Assembly (NCBI GenBank): GCA_024626585.2
Contig: JANKJI020000002.1
Location: 74,587,823-74,611,054, forward strand
Direction of reading: 5' to 3'
Length of the DNA stretch: 23,232 nucleotides
Origin: Ginkgo biloba
Lineage: Eukaryota > Plantae > Ginkgophyta
Below are positions 10,793 through 21,374 of this stretch, piece by piece; the first letter of the stretch is position 1; the number at the start of each line of letters is the position of its first letter. The notes under the pieces were generated by a model. That model was not told where the DNA came from. It made no database searches and saw only the letters and a list, made by a program, of their open reading frames with translations. The translations under genes and the position numbers were made by a program.

Positions 10793-12125
10793 CAGCAAGG
10801 GGATGAGGAGAAACAACAACAGGACAGGGACATTGGGGCAGATAGTGTGCCAACCACTCAAGGGAATACAAAGGGAGACCGACAGGAGCAACAACAATAA
10901 CCACTCACCGACCCACCACAGACACATGAGAAGACAGCCTTGTCGGGAGGCAGTCAAGATAAACCACCCAGCTCGCCAAAGGATAAAGATCCCGCCCAAC
11001 AACAAGAGGGCCTACATCCCACTTATCCATCTGGCGAAAAGGAGAAGTAGGGTCCATCGACCTCACAGTTGCCGCCAACTAGGAGCCCAACCAAGAAACA
11101 ACGCTCGATGGGGTACGATATCCTCAAATTCAGGGAGATCAATAGACCGTTGGCAATCCCCATCGAAGCGGTCCGAGAATAATCCCCGAGTGGTGTCACC
11201 ATTGTGACATCAAGATTGTTGATGGAGACCTTCATGCAAACTCAGTAGATCATGCATAAGAAAAACATGATCAGACTAGAGTAGGTGGGTTCCTTAGAAA
11301 ATAAGGTGTAGGAATCATCACAAGAAATGGATGAGCTCATCCAATATGCCAAGGTGACCGTAGAACACATCATGGACTTGTACAACATGTCAAAATCTAG
11401 CTCAGATACAACCATGCTACAGACCATCATTTAATTGAGTGTGGGAATATTACAAGAAGGAGGTACAAAGAGCCACTCAACTTCAACAAGAAGTTAGAAC
11501 ATTACAAAAATACAAATAGGATGCCGATAAGGAGGTACAAACCCTCCAATAATTATGATAATATCATGAAGCATAGGTCTGAGAATAATAAAAGAAGGTA
11601 GATAAAGCTAAACAAAAGGCTAAGGAGTCATTGGATACCTACTCCTCATACATAGAGGCAGTAAAATCCATAGGAAATGAATCCACCTTCATAGTTCAAT
11701 ACTTTTAGAAGTAGCCACTAAGAGTGCAGGAAGCACTTAGGAAAGTGGAGATGACAAGGGAAGTCATCAAATGAATCATCATATAGATGGAGGCTACAAA
11801 GGTTTTGACTGCCTTAAATCCCTAATACTAGTAGGCATATATTTAGACCCAGGTGGAGAGCCACAAGACCATTGGACTAATACAACATTACAAGGGAAAA
11901 GTTGAATCTATCGAGCAATAGGTATAGGATCAAGAAAAGATCTATAAAGATAGTATTCAATATATTCAGGAGGAGGTCATCAAGATAGAGCCAGATGGTT
12001 CTATAGTCTCTAGCACCACAAAGATGCATTTGTAATTAGTTATTCTGATTGCCAAGGAGTGGTTAAAAATTTAGATGGAGATATCCTTGGCCCTGCCAGA
12101 GGCTGTCAAGAAATAGTCTCCTTGA
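10793..12125 (+). pseudogene. Degenerate Gln/Glu/Lys-rich extra ORF of family X, copy B (at least ~440 codons)
   Basis: Essentially one reading frame (one frameshift near 11445) whose many TAA/TAG/TGA stops sit in Gln-rich context. Low-complexity P/Q/S/T N-part, then helical/heptad-like region, ending HL*LVILIAKEWLKI*MEISLALPEAVKK*SP* 64 nt before the PPT. Confidence 0.7.
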
Positions 12126-12189
12126 AAATTTCATATCATCATTTTTGGCATTTTTTCCTTGTCTCAATATGAGACAAAGCTTTAGGTAT

Positions 12190-12500
12190 GGGGGAGTCTT
12201 AGATGAGGAAATGATGCATGTTGGAAAGGGTCTAGCTGACATCGACATGAGAGAATTCACCAATGGGTGTCAGAGAAGAACTATTTGATAATAACATGGA
12301 TCTTCAATAATATCGATAGAGGGTAGCTTCATACTAACATGAGTCAACCCACCAATAAAGGCCTACACCAACATGAGTCATTTCAATAACAAAGTTTAGG
12401 GGTACGCCCCATAAGAACTTCACTAATATCATGGAAATCTAACATCACTTCACTGACAGAAAAATGATTTTTCTCACCAACACTAATATGGGGCTCTAAC
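12190..12500 (+). mobile_element. PPT (12190-12196) and start of 3' LTR of family X, copy B
   Basis: ttttggcattttttccttgtctcaatatgagacaaagctttaggtatgggggag|tcttag aligns with the reverse complement of 486-546. Right boundary uncertain. Confidence 0.8.
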
Positions 12501-12666
12501 ATAAGTCTCTGACTTGTTTGTATATTATAACTATTGTTGACACTAAAAATCCCCACCATGCACCCTCTGACATGAGGTGGGGGAGATCCATGTCAACAAC
12601 CCCATTTTAATTTTGTATCAAATGAATTATGTCATTATGGTAATTGGGGATAAATGGAATGCTTTC

Positions 12667-12840
12667 AAGGCTCGCTCGACAAACGACCCTTTATTGTTCA
12701 ACAAACACAAAGTCCCGTTCGACAAATAACCAAAGCCCATTCAATGAATGACAAAGGCCCGTTTGACGAATGACAAAGGCCCGTTGAAGGAACGACCAAA
12801 GCCTGATCGATGAATGACTAAAGCTCATTCAATGAACAAT
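12667..12840 (+). repeat. Minisatellite, 8 degenerate units of ~22 bp, consensus AAAGGCCCGTTCGACGAACGAC
   Basis: Units start near 12667, 12689, 12709, 12732, 12753, 12775, 12798, 12820; variants are mostly CG>TG/CA. Confidence 0.85.
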
Positions 12841-15800
12841 GAGGACCTGAATGCATAATAGAATTTGATTGCCCTTCATGGATGGAACTTTAGTCATTTC
12901 TTGGTGGTACTTTTAGGGTTAAACAGAAGAACAACATGTCGAAAATAAAAAAGGATAGTTTCTACATTGATGGATATGCGAAGTGGTGAGTCTAAGGTTT
13001 GAAGGGCTCTTAGCAAAACTAAGAATGGGCTTCTAACACCATTTTTGAATTTAAGCTCTAAAATAAGGTCCTATGTTCCTCCACATGACCATGGCCAATA
13101 GAAAAAGGGCTAAATGAATTATTAGAATGAACTTTAGATTTAATATTTTAGGGTTTTGAATTTTCCCTATTTGACATTTTTGGAGTGAGCTCGATGCGGT
13201 GATTGCAAGGGTGAGGATGCACCAGGGGAGAATGGGGAATGGCTAAGGAATCTCATAGGGGATGCAAGGAGATGTGGGAATGAGTGGGATTTACAGGGGA
13301 GTGAGCAAAATGGGAGTAACATGGGGGTGACAGAGAAGGGGAGGCCTACGCAGGCCGTAGGGCAGAGACATGGAGATCAAGGGGTACAATGAACAGGGGT
13401 GAATGAATGCTTAGGGAGGAGGATGAACCCTGAGCTGGGAGGAAGATGAACACCCCACACAGGGAGGAGGATGAGCACTAGAAACCCAACCAATAGAAAA
13501 CCACCGAGAAGGAAAGAGTAGAGAGAAAAGAAACCCCCAAGCCATAAAATAAAGATTTAATAGTAAAACGACAAGTTTAAATCAGATAACTAGTTAGTGG
13601 GGGGATGCCATGCATTCTACAATTTTTTTGCACGAAATAACAAATTTTAAATCATCAACCCATGTGAAAAATGCATAGAGAAGCAAAACCAACCAGATTT
13701 TAAGTACAAAAATAGAATAAATATAACAAAATAGTGCTTCATTGACGAAAATACACCATTATCCACCCAAAATAAAGCTCCACAGAGATACTATAGAGGT
13801 TTTTCATTGATCACATGATGAAATATATGTGAAATACAAGGGAAAATGTACAATCTATTAGAATCCAACAGAAAATATTACTGCATTCTTCTCCAGGGAT
13901 GCAAACTGCAAGATGAAACTCCACTACCCCCCATTGGCTCCAAGTTCTCCTCCATAAACAATAGTAACAAAAACTCTCCTCTCATGCTAAAAGCCAAAAA
14001 AATTCTTCACATTCCATTCTTCTCTTCTCCTCCCAAAAACTTGCTCTCCACACTTCTTCTTCACACCAATACTTTTTTCAAAAAATGAACTTCAAAACTA
14101 ATGTGAAGGGTGAGAGGTGCCTCCTAAGTGGATGTCCTCTCCCATGATAAAAAAAAAATAATAAATTATTAAATTTTTTGGTCAACAAGAATGGCTCACC
14201 ATACTTGATCCATGCTTGCTCAACAACCATAATTACAACATTTAATTTTGAAATGAAAGGTTGCTCCATTGAAATTAAATGCAACCCACTCCCAAGAACA
14301 AAATCTAATAAAAAAATGGGGCACCTCTCCATCATAATAAAATATCATGACATGTAATAAAAGAACCTAGGGAACACCCAGGTGGAAGATCTAGTTACCA
14401 ATAAAGCCATAAGTATGCCACATCGCCTGCCACCCAAGCCAACAATGACTGTTGGGGTTTTTACCCATAATAGAGATCACATGTAAAAATTGAGAATTTA
14501 AAAAATAGACCACAATGAAAAAATTACATCCCTTAATAACTTTAGAACGGTCATGGATTTGATACTTTATCCAAATAATTAAATGAATTATGGATAATCC
14601 AGCTTACTAGTAGTAAGCTAACCAATGCACTAATAAGCTCTTACTCTTTATTACGAGCAATCTAGATTATTAGAAGTGAGCCAATGAATGCACCAATAAG
14701 AGNNNNNNNNNNNNNNNNNNNNNNNNNNNNNNNNNNNNNNNNNNNNNNNNNNNNNNNNNNNNNNNNNNNNNNNNNNNNNNNNNNNNNNNNNNNNNNNNNN
14801 NNATGAAATTGATAAATTTTTAGGATTATTTAATAAAAGTTCCAAGAAATATTTTGCATATTTAGGTTAATTAGATTATGCTAATCAGTTTCATATAAAT
14901 TGGTCACTTAGTGCCATTGTTATAGATTATATAAGGAAGACCTTTTGAGATAATATTATAAGAGAAAATATAAGAGTGAAGATAGTAGATTGTGGCAAAT
15001 GGAAGAGGAAGTTAGGAAGTTAGTATTAGATTTATTTTCTTAAATATAAGAAAAAATTGAGATATAAACAATTTTAAAGAATCAATTAAAAAAATCAATT
15101 AAAGGATAATTTTTACAAGGTGTGTCATACTGTGAACAAATACATTCATAAAAAAATGAGAAGAAGTAAAGGAAAAAGAAAAAGAAGCAATGAAAGAGGG
15201 GGAGAGGGAGGGCATGGGGTGCAGAGAAGAAGATGATAATGAAGAAGAAACAATGGATGTTGTAAGAGAAGAACATAGAGAATATTAAGATGTACAAGGA
15301 GATGATAAAAAATGTAAAGGTGAACCACTTGAATAAGAAGTGAAAATTATAAAAGAGGAAATGGTTAATTTAAAATTTTGAAGTAAGTGAATAATAAAAT
15401 GGATTTCTCTTGAAGTTCCTATAATAGTTAGGATTTCATCAAAAAATGGAAAAATGACACATGTTAAATCAAATCAATATGAGATTAAAAACTAATTGGA
15501 ACAAGACTATTGTAATCTTAAATATCAACATTCAAAGAAAACAAAAACGGCAAAGGAAAAACAAGCATAAGATATTCATAGAAGTATCTCAACCCTTATG
15601 ATGGAAGAACTAAGATCTAAGATCCAAGCAAACAAAACCATAAATACATCCACATTATCAAGAATTCAAATAATGATACCACACACATCTATCTTCAAAT
15701 TATTAGTTCAATTTCACTAAGGGAACCAAACCTATGAAGAGCTTGATATGGGAGAGACCAAGTGAAGAAGAGTGACGACAAAGAAAGAGGTTGTAAGTAA

Positions 15801-16152
15801 ATACAAATTGATGCTTGAGGGCAAAGCATCTCAATAAGGTATAGAATTTAATAAACCTAAGGGGAGACTCTTAGATCCCAAGATGTGATCTTAAGAATGT
15901 GATAGTTTTATTGGACAATGGAAATCCATGCTTTGAGGGAAAAGAATTTNNNNNNNNNNNNNNNNNNNNNNNNNNNNNNNNNNNNNNNNNNNNNNNNNNN
16001 NNNNNNNNNNNNNNNNNNNNNNNNNNNNNNNNNNNNNNNNNNNNNNNNNTCATTTTAGAAGATCTTATAAAATATTAGATTGCTAAGCATGAGATTAGAA
16101 ATTATGCAATTGCATAATGCATTAGGGTTGTTGAATATACCCTAAAAAGTAC

Positions 16153-16547
16153 CTTTGTGTAGTAAGAGTTTTATGTTTATGAGCAGCTAAGGCCTCGTAT
16201 TCAAGCCTCTCAAACTATTGATAAGGTTGAGCACCAATTTTATCATCCTCTGCAAATGCAAGCGGATCCATCTCGTCTTGGAAGAAAAGCATGTACTCTT
16301 TTTATTCTCCATCTTTGAGCCTCTCAAACTATTGATAAGGATGAGCACCAATTCCATCATCCTCTACAAATGTAAGCGAATCCATCTCACCTTGGAAGCA
16401 GAGCTTGTACTCTTCTTCTTCTCTATCTTTCCCATCCTTGTCTTTGTCCAAATCCAATTCCATCTCCATGCCCATGTCCATGTCCATTTCCAGGCCCTTG
16501 CCCTCTAATCTTGTTTAGCATTACTTCTCACTTTCTGACCTCTCCAT
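16153..16547 (-). pseudogene. GTF3C3: General transcription factor IIIC polypeptide 3 (TFIIIC/Tfc4-like) first coding exon relic
   Basis: MERSESEK*C*..acidic tract..EEEEYKLCFQGEMDSLTFVEDDGIGAHPYQ*FERL, repeated, then EYEALAAHKHK; matches the remembered plant GTF3C3 motif EYxFRF..MNPLxF...YQQFERLEYEALAEKKRK. Ends at an AG|GTAC donor at 16153/16152; several stops. Confidence 0.8.
16205..16430. repeat. In-frame tandem duplication, 2 x 114 bp
   Basis: gcctctcaaactattgataagg... begins at 16205 and 16319. Confidence 0.95.
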
Positions 16548-17869
16548 CGCTTCATGACTCAACCTTCAATTTTATCTTCGACCTACTTGAGGATGGAAGC
16601 TCCTTAAAACTACACACACTGACTTATAATGCTATATTGCAGTTAACAGCACACTAACATTATAGGAATTATTTTATCATTTTTATCGAAATCAAATTTT
16701 TTTCTAATTCGTTTTGGAGATATTATTTTAATACTTTTTTTGGTCGGTGGCTTCTAATATTTTAGTAGTATAGATAATTTAGNNNNNNNNNNNNNNNNNN
16801 NNNNNNNNNNNNNNNNNNNNNNNTTTAAAAAATGTATACAAAGTTGGCTAATACTTTACATGAATGTTTTCAATTAAAGAATTTAGTTTTTAAATTTTTT
16901 TTTAAATATATCTAAATGGAAGCATATAGCCCATAATATTTTCTATGGATGTGTTATGTCCTAAGAAATATGTATATTATTGTAGATAATTGTGATCATT
17001 ATGTTGAGATAAGCAATGGCCTATGTTTGTAAGGGTAATTGCAAATAACTCTCTAAAAAGATAATGTTAAGTACCTACATAGAGATAGGCTAGGATTTAG
17101 GCTAATAAGGACCATTTGAGTATGTAAAGGCCTTATATTTTACAAACTTTAAATAATTCTATGCAACATTCTCTTATTGGGATCTTTTAGTCTTTGATGA
17201 GTCTCGGGTGATCTTATGAGTGAATACTTTTTTGTTAAGGCATGGATTATGGAATTTGATTCATGTATATGATGTTGTATTTATTGAATTATACCATTTT
17301 ATGCTCAATTTACATAGTTAAACACTAAAGGGTCACTACACATGCTCTTTTTTAGGCTAGATGAAATTTCAAAAATTGTATTATCGAAATTGAGTCATCT
17401 ACTTGCCAAAACTTTCTTATTGAATAGTTTTGTTTAAATTATATATTGTAGTGTCTATAAGATAAATGAGTAGTGGAGAAAAGTAAACCCCTAAAACTGC
17501 CACTTCATTATTCCATTTGATAATAAATAATAGAAGGCTATAACTATCTTTTCCAAGTACTTCTTATTATTATGAGACCATGGCATGTCCCTCAATTATC
17601 TCAATAATATGAGGAGGTTGTAGCCTTACATTACATCCCCTGAAGAGGAAGATGAAGGATATAAGGGATTCATTTGAGAAACATGTGTTGAATGAATCTA
17701 ACAAAATGTTGGTTGAATGCTAGAGTTGATATGCTAAAGGAGTAGGCGACCATAAAACTCTATAAGGAGTCAAGACATAATCATTAATGCATCAAACTCT
17801 CAAAAGATGCCTTACTTGTGTAACAGATAATAGAACAAAATCATATCACCTAATTGAAAAATAAAAGTT

Positions 17870-18792
17870 TGATCATGTCACCTATCATCTCATGGCATGT
17901 TCTAAGCTAATTTAAATCAACTTTCAGGGCATGTTCTTCATAGTCTTCGGCAATCCTTTTTACAAATTTACATAGTGGTCTAAGTAGATTTCTACTTCTT
18001 TTCTTGAGGGAGAATTTATAAGATAATTTTCAAGATTATTTCTAACTAGCACNNNNNNNNNNNNNNNNNNNNNNNNNNNNNNNNNNNNNNNNNNNNNNNN
18101 NNNNNNNNNNNNNNNNNNNNNNNNNNNNNNNNNNNNNNNNNNNNNNNNNNNNATTTTCATCATCCACAACAAATGGTAAGATAAAATATGGAGGAGTACT
18201 TGCTATTGTAACTATTATAGAATTATATGTAGTCTTTACCCATTCATCTACTAAATATTTCCAGCCACTAATAAGCATCTTCACCATAGATCATATTTCT
18301 TTTGACCTGTGCTTTTGTAACTTGTTCACTAGATTACCAATTTTAGTTGCCTTTAGAATCTCCACAAATAGCTGCATTAATTCCAATATCCTCAAAGATT
18401 CATATAATAAATTATTCGACTTATATGGATTTGTAAGAATTTATTTAATTATGTAGACCTCTTTAAGAACTTAGGATTCTTCCTCAATCTCTTCTGTAAG
18501 AATTTCAACTTCTTTATAACTATACTTACTACCCATATTCATGTCTGCTTCATTAGAGTTGTTTGTGACTTTGTCATTATGGCATTTTGTAAGAATCCCT
18601 TTAATATAATCATTTTTTTTATTTAAATCTAGTGCTTCTCCTTGAAGGGGCATGAGAAGTACTCTTTTTAAACTAATGCCATTAGGTATGCACTTTTCTT
18701 GTACACATTTCTTTTTATTATTAATAATGGACTCAATATTCTTTAATTTTCTTGACAGGGACTTATTTTTTATCCTAAGACTTTTAATTTCA
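17870..18792 (-). mobile_element. Degenerate A-rich polyprotein fragment, possibly capsid/gag-like (caulimovirid or LTR element)
   Basis: About 106 open codons from 18791 (EIKSLRIKNKSLSRKLKNIESII...EILTEEIEEES), then EDAY*WLEIF..GKDY and, across a gap, RNNLENYLI..EVEIYLDHYVNL. Only loose resemblance; no diagnostic motif. Confidence 0.3.
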
Positions 18793-19081
18793 NNNNNNNN
18801 NNNNNNNNNNNNNNNNNNNNNNNNNNNNNNNNNNNNNNNNNNNNNNNNNNNNNNNNNNNNNNNNNNNNNNNNNNNNNNNNNNNNACAAAAAAAAAAAAAA
18901 AAAAAATGGTGACCAATGACTCAATGATACTACAAAGTTATTTCTTCTCTCTAGTAATAAAACTCTAGCAATTTACTTATAAAATGACTTAGCCAAGACC
19001 TTAAGGTCATAGAATTGATGGAAAAAAAAATGTTCCACACATTTTCTTGTCAAAACAAAATTAATTAAAAAAAATGAATTT

Positions 19082-19145
19082 GGATGACTTGAACTCATGG
19101 CCTCTTCTTTACACTCTAATTATCTAACAACTACACTACAACTCC
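19082..19145 (-). other. Degenerate tRNA-like head (SINE or tRNA pseudogene)
   Basis: Minus: GGAGTTG TAGTGTAGTTG (A-box-like) ... GAGTTCAAGTC (B-box-like) at tRNA-like spacing; stems pair poorly. Confidence 0.3.
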
Positions 19146-21374
19146 TTATTTTATAGACTTGAAGGTATTATATTTGACTTAAAAAGAACACCAAATTTTT
19201 AAATTTAAAAAAATCTGAAAAAGAACTATGGGGACCTAGATGCGAACCATTTATCAGCTCAGACATTAATTTTTTTTATATATTTTTTAACATATTCTTT
19301 TCTTCTCCNNNNNNNNNNNNNNNNNNNNNNNNNNNNNNNNNNNNNNNNNNNNNNNNNNNNNNNNNNNNNNNNNNNNNNNNNNNNNNNNNNNNNNNNNNNN
19401 NNNNNNNNTTGAGGAATAGAGAAAAGATTTAAAAATATAATGAAAGGTTTAATGTGAGAAATATCGATGATGATAATATACACCAATAGATGGATGATCG
19501 ATAATAATGATGATGAGGAGGATAGGGTACAAAGGGGATGACACTAATGATAGTGGGTAGCACCAATAATAATTGGATAAATAACCCACAATAATGAAAG
19601 GGAGCATTAACAATGAGAGGGTCAACAATGATAGATAAGGACCAAGAAAAGGAAAATCATTATAACAAAGATATTTAAGATTTGAGTATTTAAGGAAGTA
19701 GGTGATCTAATCCCTTGAAGTAAATGATTTAGTAGTGGGATGAATCAAGGATCGATCATGGTAGGTGAATTAAAACACCATATAATTAATGAGGGTCTTA
19801 ATTTCTCAACTACCAGAGGAAGAAGTGGGAGACTTCAAGGAATAAGAGGGAGCGATTGGAAAGAGATTTATGAGAAATAAAAGGAATGTAAGGGAGAAAG
19901 TGAGTCTGTAGAGGAAGAGTGACTAAAAGAGAAGAGCACATCTAAGGGAAGAGTAAGGGATCACTAAAGTAAGAATTGGCACATAACAAACAAAGTGTGC
20001 ATATAGGGCTCAGAGTGTCGATCCATGGTGTTGGTCAAGTAAGTGTTGCAAGGAGAGATATTTGGGTGATGATGCACACCCCAATTTAAGATTTAATTCT
20101 TGTAAGGAATAAATGTATATAATCCTTTTCAAATAGGTCAGAGGTATAATTGTAATAACAGTCTTGTATTCTTAATGATACGTAAAATGGTAAATTGGAG
20201 GGTAATGGAGGCACCTAACTTCTCATCAAAATAGTAGTCGAGGTAGTATCATTTGACTATAATGCTTTGTTCATATTCTTCATCTTTATCCAATAAGTTC
20301 ATACTCGCTAGGTATTTTACCAAATCATTGACCATATTTTACCCCGTAGGGGAACATTCTTTATTCTCCTAAGATGGTCTTATCTCTACTAGGATAAAAA
20401 ACTCTACTTGGTAGGTTAGGAGATGGACAATAAAGATTGATCTTGTACTACATTCTTGTCTTGAAGTTGATTATCCGTAATTAGGGTTTGAACCACCATT
20501 TTCCCCAAGATTTCTTCATCATTTTATACTTTGAGGTTGATCGTATTATGAGGGCATTCAACTCACTATAAATATGGAATTAGCATTAGAGGGACCCACT
20601 TCTAATCTTNNNNNNNNNNNNNNNNNNNNNNNNNNNNNNNNNNNNNNNNNNNNNNNNNNNNNNNNNNNNNNNNNNNNNNNNNNNNNNNNNNNNNNNNNNN
20701 NNNNNNNNNTAAAGAATTAGATTCTCATTCCCTCTATTTGTGAATATGGTTGTATATGATGTGTGAGTTTGAGTTATTTTTAATCAATAACCATGGGTTG
20801 ATCATTAACTCATCTAGTTGATAAATAAATACAAGAAGAAAATCAGGACACCTAGGGCCTGAGATGTAATATCATCTAGTATAGGGAGAGTTAACACCAG
20901 GGAGATGCATCATCTAGTATTAGAACCAAGTAGAAGGCTCATTTGGAGAAGTTTTATAGAGTTAGGTTAGGATTTTGGAAGGAAGGTTAAGAAGAACCAA
21001 GGTGGATCATGTCATGGAGGTCATGCATTGTAGGAGTATTGGGGAGAGAACAAGGTTATTTATGGGAGAATTTACATATAGAAATAAGAGCCAAGAGGAT
21101 TTAAGGGTTTTTTCATTGAGAGGTTAAGATAATCATTGAGTGTAGTGAAGAGTTGAAGGATGGAAATAAGAGTGGATAGAGGNNNNNNNNNNNNTAGATA
21201 TGTATTTGGTGAGGATATTAAGGTCTTGATAAGGAGAATTGAGAAGTTAGATAATGAACAATGAAGACTTAGACCAAAAAGTGGCATTTAATAAAAACTT
21301 AGGATGGAAAGAGAAAGACAAGCATAACAGAGGCTGGAGGATTTAGACACGTTATTAGTGGATTTGTTGACAGA

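Noticed and set aside
10803-11207. 134-aa Arg-rich ORF as a gene
   Set aside because: Alternative frame of the decayed Gln-rich ORF; no independent support.
1-12500. Family X copies A and B as two ends of one element or a large TIR transposon
   Set aside because: Both are 3' ends (ORF-PPT-LTR) in opposite orientation and are substantially diverged; several gaps lie between them. They are independent insertions.
12667-12840. CRISPR-like array
   Set aside because: Head-to-tail repeats without spacers, no cas genes, eukaryotic context.
16218-16508. 96-aa plus-strand repeat protein
   Set aside because: Antisense of the GTF3C3-like exon.
4710-16547. LRR-RLK, ACO and GTF3C3 relics as a functional gene cluster
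   Set aside because: All are disabled fragments on separate contigs, with unrelated functions and apparently different origins.
19409-20609. Possible gypsy protease-region remnant on minus (EVGPSNANSIF)
   Set aside because: Too decayed; only a few residues fit.
4468-21287. ORFs in the track containing X runs
   Set aside because: They are open only because they cross N gaps; the 100-N gaps are probably placeholders, so adjacency and frame across them are unreliable.
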